From Escherichia coli (GTDB lineage: Bacteria > Pseudomonadota > Gammaproteobacteria > Enterobacterales > Enterobacteriaceae): a stretch of DNA of 64,000 bases. Positions within the stretch are counted from its first letter, which is position 1, and each line of letters begins with the position of its first letter. The notes below the pieces were generated by a model. It was not told where the DNA came from and made no database searches. It was given only the letters and a program-made list of their open reading frames with translations. Of this stretch, positions 33,615-43,310 are shown piece by piece. A program made the translations under genes and the position numbers. The DNA is taken from NCBI RefSeq assembly GCF_011045215.1, contig NZ_CP049201.1; one strand, written 5' to 3'.

Positions 33615-35266
33615 CCCCAGAATGCATAACTGTCGGTCATGCTGGCCCGCTGGCCAAAATCAATATCACCCAGATTTTTCGTCACCCTGTCTGCCAGCTG
33701 TCCGGCATCCTCGCCGGGCTTCTGGGTGAGGTTAAATTCAGCCCGTATCTGATACGTGGGTTTTACTTCCACCTGGCTGATACTGCCCGGAACGTAGTGA
33801 AGCGCAGAAAGAGGATCCGTTTTTTCCTGCCCCTGTTTTGTAGCGGGTGGGGTGTCATACTTCGCGAGGACATCAAGCGCTTTCTTTTCCCATCCGTCAA
33901 AGTCCGGATCGTCTTCTGGCCCCAGAAAAGGCTCGAGGGACGCCTCAAATTTTTTATCGTCATCACTCAGGAAACCGCGTGTGTCTGTATACGCCTTCAC
34001 AACCTGCTTCGTCAGATCGGGATTTTTTTTAAGCTGATCATCAAACCATTTATCCTGCCCGTTCCTCTTCGCCACTGCCCTTGCCAGCTCTGGCGAGCCT
34101 GTTTTTGCCAGATATTCCAGCACCTCACGCCGGTCACTCCGTGGATCTTCAGCCAGCCCCCACTCGATGGCCTTTTCAGTGAGCCCGGCAATGACTTTTC
34201 CAAAATTCCACGCCCAGGCCGTCACCTTGATCAACATCGGCAGCGCGTCCTCTCTGATAAATGTATTGATTTTTTCCAGCCCGCCGTTTTTAAACCAGTC
34301 CGCCAGGTCGTCCGTGACCTGCTGAATATTCGGTGCCAGCTCTTTCCCCAGCTGTCCACAGATTTCATCAATGGACGAACCCAGAACACCGGTGAGGTTT
34401 GAGACGGCGATATGTCCCCGGACGGCACCATCCGCCCCTTCCCTGGTCACCAGGTTATAGCGCTTCTGCTCCTCAATAAGCTCCCGGTAAGTTTTTCCTG
34501 ACAGACGCATCCAGGTCAGGATCTTATTACCCTCACCACCAAACAATGCATCCGCCATCCCGGCAGCCTTTTGTTCATCCTTCACCTGCAGCAATCGGTC
34601 AAAAAGAAATTCAACCTGCTCCTGGTTGTTTTTTCCCGCCATCGCCCCGGCTTTCAGCCCCAGCGCCCCGAAGACCTGCTGTATGGCACCTTTATCCGAT
34701 GCGCCATTATCATCATCAAAAACCTTGTTGCGGTACTCCTCAAACAGATCCCCGAAGTTTTCCCCGTTCAGCCCCATCTGCTTACCCAGCGAATCCCACG
34801 CTGCATACGTCTCATAATCCACACCGTAACTCCGGGCTATCCCTGCCCGCTCTGCAGTTTCACTGTTCCGGCTAAATGCTGCACCGGCAGCGCCTGCCAG
34901 TGTCAGTCCTGCCCCGACCGAAAGCCCTAACCCCGCTTTCAGAGCGGTCTTTCCACGCCCTTTCCAGCGTTCCAGACGTTCCGCACGTGCCAGCTTACGG
35001 TTAAATTTATCCTGCTCTCCGGTGGCATCATGAATTTTTTTGCCCAGCTTTTCATACTGCTTTCGCAGTTCAGTAATATCCTGCCCTGCCAGTACGCCAG
35101 CCTGAATTTTTCGTTTCAGTACATCCTGCTGGCGAGTCAGGCGAGCCACTTCCTGCGTTGCCCCTGATAATCCGTGCTTCAGTCCATCAACCGATTTTTT
35201 CCACGACGGATCTATCGTGCCGCCGATCCTGATATTCGCTTTCAGGTTATCGCCCACCGTTGCCAT
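33611..35266 (-). CDS. Tail tape measure protein (551 aa)
   Basis: Long Ala/Gly/Lys-rich ORF following the E/E' chaperone pair; start MATVGDNLKANIRIGG. Confidence 0.7.
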   Translation of the reverse strand: MATVGDNLKANIRIGGTIDPSWKKSVDGLKHGLSGATQEVARLTRQQDVLKRKIQAGVLAGQDITELRKQYEKLGKKIHDATGEQDKFNRKLARAERLERWKGRGKTALKAGLGLSVGAGLTLAGAAGAAFSRNSETAERAGIARSYGVDYETYAAWDSLGKQMGLNGENFGDLFEEYRNKVFDDDNGASDKGAIQQVFGALGLKAGAMAGKNNQEQVEFLFDRLLQVKDEQKAAGMADALFGGEGNKILTWMRLSGKTYRELIEEQKRYNLVTREGADGAVRGHIAVSNLTGVLGSSIDEICGQLGKELAPNIQQVTDDLADWFKNGGLEKINTFIREDALPMLIKVTAWAWNFGKVIAGLTEKAIEWGLAEDPRSDRREVLEYLAKTGSPELARAVAKRNGQDKWFDDQLKKNPDLTKQVVKAYTDTRGFLSDDDKKFEASLEPFLGPEDDPDFDGWEKKALDVLAKYDTPPATKQGQEKTDPLSALHYVPGSISQVEVKPTYQIRAEFNLTQKPGEDAGQLADRVTKNLGDIDFGQRASMTDSYAFWG

Positions 35267-35686
35267 AACGTCGCCGCCTCTCTTCCGATTCCTCCAGCAT
35301 CATTGACACAAAATCTGCATACGGCAGCGCCATCACATCTCCGGGAGACCACCCGAACCAGGCACCGGCGCGCCGTATCGCTGTCAGGATGCTGTCTTCT
35401 TCCGCCTGACCGGCGGCAGCAAAAAAACATTAAACTGCCGCTCCAGGGCCAGGTAATCACACGCTTCCATATTCATCATGTCCGCCGCATCCATTCCGCA
35501 CAGGCCGGCTATCATATCCAGATCGGCTTCTGCTTCCGGCTTGGTACTCCGGCGATGTAACAGACGATCGCGGACGGTGGGTGCACGCATGGTGACATGC
35601 GAGATTGTCTGACCTGACGCAGTGACATACGGCACGGATAACACAATCTCCACGCTGCTGCAGGGAATACTGTTTATCTCTGGCAT
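35247..35686 (-). CDS. Tail assembly chaperone E+E' fusion via putative -1 programmed frameshift
   Basis: Slippery site G-TTTTTTT-G at 35421-35427 (minus strand); the -1 frame stays open for 58 codons and ends at 35247, overlapping tape-measure start. Confidence 0.55.
35384..35686 (-). CDS. Tail assembly chaperone (P2 gpE-like)
   Basis: 100-aa ORF between tube and tape measure; contains slippery T7G run near its 3' end. Confidence 0.7.
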   Translation of the reverse strand: MPEINSIPCSSVEIVLSVPYVTASGQTISHVTMRAPTVRDRLLHRRSTKPEAEADLDMIAGLCGMDAADMMNMEACDYLALERQFNVFLLPPVRRKKTAS

Positions 35687-35746
35687 ATTGATTTCCTCTT
35701 AAAAAGAAAAGGCGGCCTGAACCGCCTGAATGACCACTTCTCCGGA

Positions 35747-36265
35747 TCACACCCGGATAATTTTTTTCAGATCCGACAGCACATTCACACCGTTAATGCG
35801 CCGTACAAACTGCTCCGGAATAATGCAGATGGTCTCCAGTCCATCGACAGCCTGGCGGTAATAACTCAGTGACATTTCCACCGACACCGCTGCTTCTGCC
35901 TGCGAGGTGGACGGACGCGCATCCGGCGTGATACTGGTGATCATCCCCTGAAGGGTTTCCACCAGACCGCTTGTTGCACCGCCCACCTGATACGCCTGAC
36001 GGACAACAATTTCTGGCGAATAAATCCCTGCCTGCAATCCCAGCAGAGTCAGTATGGCCACGTCGTATCCGTAAATTTTAAACGAGCAGGTCAGCGCCTC
36101 CATACCGTCATCCACTGACACCGGCGCATCCATCGCACCGGTTTTGATGTCCACCTTCGTGATATTGATGGCCGGAGGCGTGTACTCATGTGCCCCCTGA
36201 AGGCGAATACCACCCGGCAGAAAGAGCGCCCATGCCCGTAGCAGTTTTTTTTCGCACGACATCAT
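35747..36265 (-). CDS. Tail tube protein (P2 FII-like)
   Basis: 172-aa ORF directly after sheath, ATGA overlap. Confidence 0.75.
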   Translation of the reverse strand: MMSCEKKLLRAWALFLPGGIRLQGAHEYTPPAINITKVDIKTGAMDAPVSVDDGMEALTCSFKIYGYDVAILTLLGLQAGIYSPEIVVRQAYQVGGATSGLVETLQGMITSITPDARPSTSQAEAAVSVEMSLSYYRQAVDGLETICIIPEQFVRRINGVNVLSDLKKIIRV

Positions 36266-37737
36266 ACTGTCAGTTCCTCCTGTGCCAGTTTATTGTTGAT
36301 CATTGTACGCAGCGTCAGGCGTTCCAGTGGTGACTTCGGCCCGAAGTCATAGTCGATATACAACTGCCCGGCAGCCAGGGTTTCTGCTGTATTCAGTTCG
36401 TCGTTCAGCCATGCGCTACCACCGTGGATCGCGCCCAGATTTTTAAGCTGGCGCATGTAGGCATTAATACTGCCGAGAATATCGTCCGCAACATCCCGAT
36501 CAATCGGACGGTCAACATAAGGCAACATGGATTCCTGAACACTGTCTTCAATCACATCAGCCGTACGGCGCACGGACTCAAAGCGCAACTGGCTATGAGA
36601 TGTGCACAGGCGGTTACCCCAGTGTTTAAAACCGTCATGACGAATAATGGTGGAGATGTTTTCCATGTTCAGCAGATTTGCCGTGCAGTTCTGCTCCCCG
36701 AGAATAAATGTATCCACCTGCTCAAGACCGGTGATATTCATCACGTCCTGATTTGATTTGGACCACCACCATCCTTTTTCATAATCAATACGGGCACGCA
36801 GTCCGGCAGCGCGTGCCGAATACGGGCGAAACACTGTTTGTCCGCTGTCATCCGTCACCGACACGCGCGGACGAAGCAGTTCAACACGCCCACCAAATAA
36901 CGTCCGGCGCTGAACCACATCCTGCGGCGTTACCATTGAGGGGGAGTCAATATAGGCAACAGCCCGCAGTTTCGCGGCATACGTTTCCAGCGCCTTTGCC
37001 ACACCATCATCCTCGCTGTAGCCAGTGGCGACAAGAATACGCGGCTGGTAGCCTGTTACGCCTTTGCTCTTCGTCAGAGCTTCCATGGCCTTAATCACTG
37101 CGGCACGCTGTTCTGCCTCCTTCGCTTTCGGTTTGCTTTCCGCACGTACCACAATCACCAGCGCACCGGTCTGGTCAAAAATATCACGCAGGGCAGGATA
37201 CAGCGTTCCGGAAGCCCCCAGCTTTCCGGCCTGCGTGAGTGCCCCCGCCACCACCACCGGCGTATTAACCGGAAATGCCTCATCCTCACCGCCGGACAAC
37301 GTCAGGGTAAAGGGAGATACCACTCCTTCCCCGACAGAATCTGCATTCAGCATGCTGGTATCGGCCATCACCGGTGAATCCTCCAGCGCATTCACAACCT
37401 CCTTCACACGTGACGCAGTGGCATTCGTCTCACCATGTTCATCTGTGCCCAGTGTGATCGTCAGGGTGTTTCCCTCCAGAGCCGCGGTTGTCTCTGCGTT
37501 TTGCTGCGTGCTTCCGTTGGCCACAACTGAAATCTCATTGCCGGACCGCCCGGCTTTTTTCGCTGTAAAATCCAGCGCGGAACTCAACAACCATGATCCG
37601 GCAGTACCGGAAGCACACACACCGCCGGAGGCGTCCGGCGCTGTCCCCACGAGGCCAATCACTGCCGTGGAGACGGTCTGCACGGCCACCGTGCCTGTCG
37701 TCAGTTCAATGGTTTCCACACCATGTAGTCCGGACAT
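36262..37737 (-). CDS. Tail sheath protein (P2 FI-like) with enlarged central region
   Basis: ORF track 36262..37824; start taken at MSGLHGVETIELTTGTVAVQTVSTAVIGLVGTAPDA (ATG 37737, RBS GGGAGAAA); C-terminus LYIDYDF..PLERLTLR resembles recalled P2 sheath. Confidence 0.8.
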   Translation of the reverse strand: MSGLHGVETIELTTGTVAVQTVSTAVIGLVGTAPDASGGVCASGTAGSWLLSSALDFTAKKAGRSGNEISVVANGSTQQNAETTAALEGNTLTITLGTDEHGETNATASRVKEVVNALEDSPVMADTSMLNADSVGEGVVSPFTLTLSGGEDEAFPVNTPVVVAGALTQAGKLGASGTLYPALRDIFDQTGALVIVVRAESKPKAKEAEQRAAVIKAMEALTKSKGVTGYQPRILVATGYSEDDGVAKALETYAAKLRAVAYIDSPSMVTPQDVVQRRTLFGGRVELLRPRVSVTDDSGQTVFRPYSARAAGLRARIDYEKGWWWSKSNQDVMNITGLEQVDTFILGEQNCTANLLNMENISTIIRHDGFKHWGNRLCTSHSQLRFESVRRTADVIEDSVQESMLPYVDRPIDRDVADDILGSINAYMRQLKNLGAIHGGSAWLNDELNTAETLAAGQLYIDYDFGPKSPLERLTLRTMINNKLAQEELTV

Positions 37738-37792
37738 ACATTTCTCCCATAAAAAAACCGCCCCTGAGGCGGTCAGTTGATTTACTTCTTTT

Positions 37793-38338
37793 TCAGGTGT
37801 TTTGTGGAGGTACTGGCCACTCAATGGCGTTATATGAGGTTTTATCAGTGATGGTGCTGAAATCCATCGCCTGCAGCGATTTCGCGTAAATGCGGTACGC
37901 TTTCAGCTTTTCCCTGTCCTCGTCGCTGATTAATCCCAGCAACAGGTCTTTTTCCCATTCGCTGGTCATTATACTGACCTGTTTTAACAGGGCATCACGC
38001 TCGTCTTCCGCTTTAAGTTTGTAGTCGAAAACAAATTCATCATTGCGGTAAAACCAGTAGCCTGATGCTTCAATGCGACGATTAGCGGTAATATCCGGCA
38101 ACTCAATCACGCTTTTATTTTCCGGGCAGATTGAGGTGATGTCTTTTCCGACCCAGACCACTTCGCCAGTTTCAACATAAATAACTTTCAGGGTGTCTGG
38201 TAGAAATTTTTCCTGGGCTTCGTGCCATTCCTGTCCATCATCTGAGAACAGCCACAATAAAAATTTATGCTGTCGCGCCAGCTGGTATTGCTCAATTGTT
38301 TTAGGGTTTTGTACCGTAATATTTTTTAAGTGCATCAT
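37793..38338 (-). CDS. Tail fibre assembly chaperone (P2 gpG / Tfa family)
   Basis: 181-aa ORF directly after fibre gene; C-terminus ...NAIEWPVPPQNT typical of Tfa. Confidence 0.75.
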   Translation of the reverse strand: MMHLKNITVQNPKTIEQYQLARQHKFLLWLFSDDGQEWHEAQEKFLPDTLKVIYVETGEVVWVGKDITSICPENKSVIELPDITANRRIEASGYWFYRNDEFVFDYKLKAEDERDALLKQVSIMTSEWEKDLLLGLISDEDREKLKAYRIYAKSLQAMDFSTITDKTSYNAIEWPVPPQNT

Positions 38339-38340
38339 GA

Positions 38341-39714
38341 TTACAAACTCGCTACATTTCTCCAGACGCCATTAATCAGAACCTGCACCGGGCGTGCATT
38401 GGCCCAGTCCACACTTTCACCGCCATCAACACCACTCAGTAAATGACCTGATGGCGCATTTCCCCCGCGTCCAATACCAATGGCGCTTCCCAGACGTACA
38501 TCCTGCACGCCGCCTGTTTTGGTCTGATAGCGGGCATCAAAGTTTCCGTAGTTTGATGGAGTTATCTGCCCATTTACAGCGAATGTGACGCTACCGTCTG
38601 TATTTCTCTGACTGTAGAAATGCCAGCCGGAATCATCACCAAGCTCTGCAACTACAGGTCTGGATGGATTACCCCATAAATTAAACCCTACGTTCTTCGT
38701 GGAGCTGTTGGAGCTGGATAGCGTGAATTTTTTACTATCCCCGGCCTGAACGTTTTTAAAAGCAATAGCAACTCCATTCTGAAAGCGAAATACGCGCTGA
38801 TTATTAGCATAAACATCCAGAATGCCGTCGCCGTTTTGTTTTATACCTGTATCGTTATCACCGAGAGTAATAGAATTACCACCCAATGCGTTATTCGTAC
38901 CAAGCGCCAGCCCACCATCAATTTTTGCACCGTGGCTGACTGATATAGCGCCTGTTCTCAGATTTATAGCAAATGGCCTTAATGGGCCGATATCACCGTT
39001 TTCGCCCCGTCCTTCAGACGTCGGGATAAAATGAAGATATTCTTCCGAACGACGAAAAATCAGGCCAAAAGCATCGTCGAAAATTCGCAGCGCATTCACC
39101 GTGCCAATTTTCAGCTCCCCGGTCATGGTGTCACCACCGCGCTGAACGGCATTTTTCGCTTTATCCACCGTAGGTTTTAATCCGAGGTTATCAACCGCTT
39201 CATCTTTATCTTCCACATCGGCAAGATTCTCGCCGATGCGCAGATAGCGTTTATCTCCGGCCTCCTGCGTGATAATCGCCCTGTGAGGATCCACCTCCAG
39301 CGTCACACTCTGTGTATGTGTAAGCGCAAGAACCAGTGTCAGTATCACCTCCTTGATAACGGAATCCGTCTGTGCCGGTAAATACGTATCCGGATAACGA
39401 CCATACGCAATCAGCGTGCCACGGCGACTCACCATCCCCAGCTCGCGCAGGGTCTTTCCCGGGTATGACTGACAGTCAATGACAATATCCCCGCTGATAA
39501 AACCTTCGTCCACCACGCCGCCTGAAAAGGGCTCCCGACCAAACTCACCACACAACATGACCATCGCCGCCATCTCATCCGGCGTTGAGGGCAGTGTTTT
39601 CCCGCCCCCGTCACCAATCATCACCTGACTGATGGTCACCACCTCACCGGCATGATATGCAGCTTCAATTTCGGCTGCCCCGGCTGTTGTCAAAACTAGT
39701 CCATGCATACCCAC
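38341..39714 (-). CDS. Tail fibre protein (P2 gpH-like)
   Basis: 457-aa ORF; C-terminal half (NNALGGNSITLGDNDTGIKQNGDGILDVYANNQRVFRFQNGVAIAFKN...) closely resembles recalled P2 H. Confidence 0.8.
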   Translation of the reverse strand: MGMHGLVLTTAGAAEIEAAYHAGEVVTISQVMIGDGGGKTLPSTPDEMAAMVMLCGEFGREPFSGGVVDEGFISGDIVIDCQSYPGKTLRELGMVSRRGTLIAYGRYPDTYLPAQTDSVIKEVILTLVLALTHTQSVTLEVDPHRAIITQEAGDKRYLRIGENLADVEDKDEAVDNLGLKPTVDKAKNAVQRGGDTMTGELKIGTVNALRIFDDAFGLIFRRSEEYLHFIPTSEGRGENGDIGPLRPFAINLRTGAISVSHGAKIDGGLALGTNNALGGNSITLGDNDTGIKQNGDGILDVYANNQRVFRFQNGVAIAFKNVQAGDSKKFTLSSSNSSTKNVGFNLWGNPSRPVVAELGDDSGWHFYSQRNTDGSVTFAVNGQITPSNYGNFDARYQTKTGGVQDVRLGSAIGIGRGGNAPSGHLLSGVDGGESVDWANARPVQVLINGVWRNVASL

Positions 39715-39717
39715 AAC

Positions 39718-40299
39718 TCACTCCACCCACTCATCCCGGATACCCCGGGTATCATCAGCACTGATACCACTGACTTTTTCTGTTGCCATCACATAACCGT
39801 AACCAAAAATACGCCCCCTGCTGTTTCCGTAAAGATGAACACTGAACCAGCTGCGCAGATTTTTGGCACGGAGCACCGCATGCTTCAGATCCTGATAGTC
39901 ATTCATCTGTACCGGTAAATCCTTCTGCTCCACATTCAACCGGAAGGTATAGGGTTCACCTGGTGGCGTCTGCTCATACCACTCCACAATCTGTGACCGG
40001 AACGGGCTGTCTGTCAGTGATTCGTTCAGAGCGGCTTTTGTTCCCCGGTGACGATGGATATAAGCGGCACGTTTTATCGCCGCTCTTTTTTCCGCCTCCG
40101 TCCAGTGTTCATTCCAGGCGTCCACCGACATTTCCCAGGCCAGCCATGGCAGCAATTCCGTCGGACATAAATCGGGATTTTTTACATAGCGGATCAGACA
40201 GACCGCGATTTCCGCCAGCATATCACCGGCGGTACTGTCCACCACCCGCTCTGCCCGGCTGGCGCTGACAGGAAGTATGCTTCTGATGATGTCATTCAT
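39718..40299 (-). CDS. Baseplate protein (P2 gpI-like)
   Basis: 193-aa ORF; LLPWLAWEMSVDAWNEHW motif resembles recalled P2 I. Confidence 0.75.
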   Translation of the reverse strand: MNDIIRSILPVSASRAERVVDSTAGDMLAEIAVCLIRYVKNPDLCPTELLPWLAWEMSVDAWNEHWTEAEKRAAIKRAAYIHRHRGTKAALNESLTDSPFRSQIVEWYEQTPPGEPYTFRLNVEQKDLPVQMNDYQDLKHAVLRAKNLRSWFSVHLYGNSRGRIFGYGYVMATEKVSGISADDTRGIRDEWVE

Positions 40300-41206
40300 C
40301 GGTTGCCTCCACCTTGTTCAGTGTGACTGAGCGACACCATGGAGCCTGTCCCATCGCCGGAACAATATCACTGGCCGGCGATTTCAGTGCCACCGTAATC
40401 ACCCCCGTCTGATGCAGGGCTCCGTCCATACCGGAGCAGGACGCCACAGAACCAATCCGGTGAACACTGTCAGTGTATGTCTGCAGCGCCTGACGGGCAT
40501 TTTTCATCACCAGTTCACCATCCAGCCCGTAGGGAATATGAATATCTGCAACCACATCGTAGAGAATAATTTCTGCCGCACGGACACTGACAAAATCCGT
40601 CAGAGGTCGAATTTCATCATCATTGACTGACGCTGCCACCTTATCCAGCAGGGGTTGCGATGCCGTACCGTTTCCGGTTCGCGATAACACATAAAGAAAA
40701 ACACGCCCTTCCTGTGAATGCGTTTCCGGCCCGTAGGCTTTCACATCCAGCACATCAGGATCAGCACTCTGTGCAAAATAATGGTAAGCATTTTTCGCAC
40801 CGGCTGTACTGAGTCGCGCCCACGACAACTGAATACGCTCACGAAAGGCATCATCCCCTTCATACACCGCCGGTGTGGGCGGGATAGTGCTGTCATCTGC
40901 CGGAGTAATCACCAGACGTTGCACCTGAAAATTCGCACCAATCTGATCCAGATCGTTCCTGCGGGCACTGGCAAGCAGTACAGCCCGGACTGCATCATTG
41001 ACCTGCTGGCGCATCAGCGCCACCCGAAAAGCAAGCGCCTCCGCCCATTTATACGCCGGATCTGATTCCACCAGGGCCGAAAACAACGTGTCCAGTTCCT
41101 GATATTTCGCCACTATCTGAGTGACCAGCACAGCGGTGTCCGGCACCTCCACCGCATCCGGTACAGGTATCGCGGACAAATCAATAATGGCCTGAGACGT
41201 TGTCAA
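40292..41206 (-). CDS. Baseplate assembly protein J (P2 gpJ-like)
   Basis: 304-aa ORF; ...ITPADDSTIPPTPAV... identical stretch to recalled P2 J. Confidence 0.8.
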   Translation of the reverse strand: MTTSQAIIDLSAIPVPDAVEVPDTAVLVTQIVAKYQELDTLFSALVESDPAYKWAEALAFRVALMRQQVNDAVRAVLLASARRNDLDQIGANFQVQRLVITPADDSTIPPTPAVYEGDDAFRERIQLSWARLSTAGAKNAYHYFAQSADPDVLDVKAYGPETHSQEGRVFLYVLSRTGNGTASQPLLDKVAASVNDDEIRPLTDFVSVRAAEIILYDVVADIHIPYGLDGELVMKNARQALQTYTDSVHRIGSVASCSGMDGALHQTGVITVALKSPASDIVPAMGQAPWCRSVTLNKVEATDE

Positions 41207-41537
41207 TTCTGATTTCCTCCAGACGAATTGTTTCCTGTGTTTCGTTATTCACGCCCAAAAGCGTCAACATGACATTTCCCTCACCGCCGAAGCTCACCTC
41301 CACACGGCGGATCGTCAGTCTCGGTTCCCAGCGTTCAAGAGCGGTAACCGTCTCACGGACAATCCTCACCCGTGTGAAATCATCCTGCGGGTTATCAAGC
41401 AGACTGAACAACCTGCTGCCGTATTCCCTGAGAAGTACCCGGCTGCCGACTGGTGTTGACAAAATATCGGTGACGGACTGACGCAGATGTTCGTTACCGT
41501 GCAGATATCTGCCGGTGGCGGAATCAATACCAATCAT
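41181..41537 (-). CDS. Baseplate protein W (P2 gpW / gp25-like)
   Basis: ORF track 41181..41627; start taken at MIGIDSATGRYL (ATG 41537); SVTDILSTPVGSRV resembles recalled P2 W. Confidence 0.75.
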   Translation of the reverse strand: MIGIDSATGRYLHGNEHLRQSVTDILSTPVGSRVLLREYGSRLFSLLDNPQDDFTRVRIVRETVTALERWEPRLTIRRVEVSFGGEGNVMLTLLGVNNETQETIRLEEIRIDNVSGHY

Positions 41538-41571
41538 GAAATTTTTCCGAAAAAAAACGCCGGTGCGGCGT

Positions 41572-42195
41572 TCACATTTCCTGGTTAGGTTTACGGGTGG
41601 TTCCCCCGCTGTCGCCAGGGTGATCATGAGTATTATAAATTTCGCGAATTTTACTCATGCTGCCGGTTTTATCGGTGATCTCCTGTGAGGCACCGATATT
41701 GCCCAGAACCTGCGTATCGGCATTAATCTTCGTTTCTCCCTGCACAGTCAGGGTATCCGTGATTTCCACCGGACCGTCCAGCGTTCCCCTGCCGGTGATT
41801 TTATAGCTGCCGCTTTCAGCCAGCGTGATGGACAGGGCATTGGCTTTACGGTCGTAACGGATTTCCGTTCCGGTATCAAACAAAATAACATGCTCGTGTT
41901 CACTGCCCGCCGGTACAGGAATGGCGTCAATATTCGCCCCCGGATACACACGACCGTTACGCAGATCGCCCGCCTCCGATATCACCGTGACCGCATCTCC
42001 TGGTGCCGGGTAATTACTGACCTGCATGTAACGCCCGGACTGCATCTGAATCCAGGGCAACGGCGGCGAAAGCACATCTCCGATATCCACCCGAACCATC
42101 ACCGGGTTACCCGGGATCACCTCTTCCACCACGCCGCGACGGATCATGTCCGCCACCCTGCGGCGTAACTCTGCCACTTCATCCGCCAGACTCAT
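41572..42195 (-). CDS. Baseplate spike protein V (P2 gpV-like)
   Basis: ORF track 41572..42354; start taken at MSLADEVAELRRRV (ATG 42195); C-terminus HDHPGDSGGTT as in P2 V. Confidence 0.8.
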   Translation of the reverse strand: MSLADEVAELRRRVADMIRRGVVEEVIPGNPVMVRVDIGDVLSPPLPWIQMQSGRYMQVSNYPAPGDAVTVISEAGDLRNGRVYPGANIDAIPVPAGSEHEHVILFDTGTEIRYDRKANALSITLAESGSYKITGRGTLDGPVEITDTLTVQGETKINADTQVLGNIGASQEITDKTGSMSKIREIYNTHDHPGDSGGTTRKPNQEM

Positions 42196-42339
42196 CGCCG
42201 GTGCCCTCCGCTTTCCAGATAAGACGATAATCCTGCACATGCTTTTTACCGGTTTCCGGTACTTTACCCAGCCAGACTTCCTGTAACGGCACACCTGCCG
42301 GAGCCGCAAACGGATCTTCGCCGACCGGAATGTCCTGTT
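42179..42339 (-). pseudogene. 3' fragment of a tail-completion gene (P2 gpS-like position), separated from its 5' part by the inserted element
   Basis: Open frame ...FSFEQDIPVGEDPFAAPAGVPLQEVWLGKVPETGKKHVQDYRLIWKAEGTGDESGG-stop with no upstream start (in-frame stop at 42398-42400); ATGA overlap with gene V. Confidence 0.55.
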
Positions 42340-42348
42340 CAAAAGAGA
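42340..42348. repeat. Left copy of 9-bp direct repeat CAAAAGAGA (putative att core)
   Basis: Identical 9-mer at 53493-53501; both copies sit in the same reading frame of the split gene. Confidence 0.5.
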
Positions 42349-42760
42349 AAGCAAACAAACAAGATAATAAGTTGAATTTAAAGGAATAAAAAAGGCATCA
42401 TTTTTGCTTTTGGTACAAATTCTAGTCCGTATAAACGCGGAAAAATCCGCTAAATTAAGATAAAAAAGATGCTTAGATAGTTACTATGTTTAGCTTCATG
42501 GCTACGGGGAGTAAGTTTGCTCTTTGCTTAATCTCGGTTATGGAAATCCCCATATCGGCATCATGCCCACCAGCGTGACGCATTTTTTTTAATTTCGCGG
42601 GTATAAAAATTTGACGAGGCGGGCGGTCCCATAAGCAATGGGGTGTAGGGATTCCGATCCCCCTGGGGGGGGTATTAAACACCCACCCTATTTAAATACC
42701 GTCTTTTTTGTCACTGTGTGTCACTGGTTGTCACTCTCCGTCACGGTATGCCACCATAAG

Positions 42761-43075
42761 TTAACGTCGTAACCGCTCCGGCTTCTTCCAGTGGTAAGTA
42801 ATTTTTTCTTTCTCCTGGTACATCTGCACGCGGCGACGGTATGACAACATCTCCAGAACTCTGGTGCGTATATTGCGCATATCCACGCCGTTAAGCTCAA
42901 TACCGTCACGGCGCATCACCTCAGCCACCACACGCGCGTAATTTTCGGCTATCACGCTGTCCGGCTGCGTGGCCTCCTGTTTGCCTGCTGGTGGTCTGAT
43001 TCCGGCAGCACGGCGAATCATTTTGAGCATTTCGGCTTCGGTCATTGTCATGGCCTCCGTGGTGATGGAAAACAA
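42761..43075 (-). CDS. Hypothetical protein downstream of element terS
   Basis: 104-aa ORF, no recognised motif; start uncertain (Met at 43075, 43051 or 43045). Confidence 0.4.
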   Translation of the reverse strand: MFSITTEAMTMTEAEMLKMIRRAAGIRPPAGKQEATQPDSVIAENYARVVAEVMRRDGIELNGVDMRNIRTRVLEMLSYRRRVQMYQEKEKITYHWKKPERLRR

Positions 43076-43310
43076 TGCCGTAATTGTGGCGGGTCCTTCC
43101 TGGAAAATGAAACACCGGGGGTGGCCATACGCGCAATTCTTAACTGTTTATGAAAATTTTTCGGGAAAAGTCAGATCCGTTCTTCTTCTCTGTAACTCAT
43201 TGTTTAATGGTAAAATCATCAAAAAAAGAAAGGATCTGGCAGTGGTCATTCTGGGCCCAAAATGACGTTATCAGATCCTTTCTCAGTTTTGTTCAATAAT
43301 TGCGCGGTTG

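Noticed and set aside
33542-34930. Plus-strand ORFs up to 286 aa inside the tape-measure gene
   Set aside because: Antisense to a strongly supported structural gene within an otherwise unidirectional operon; Cys/Pro/Arg-rich translations.
35242-35460. 72-aa ORF listed in the track as a separate minus-strand gene after gpE
   Set aside because: It is the +1 frame across the slippery run and reads as Arg/Cys-rich nonsense; the -1 frame gives the plausible E' extension.
42473-42682. 69-aa minus-strand ORF near the left end of the element
   Set aside because: Proline/glycine-rich translation spanning the palindrome and repeat region; no start context; likely non-coding.
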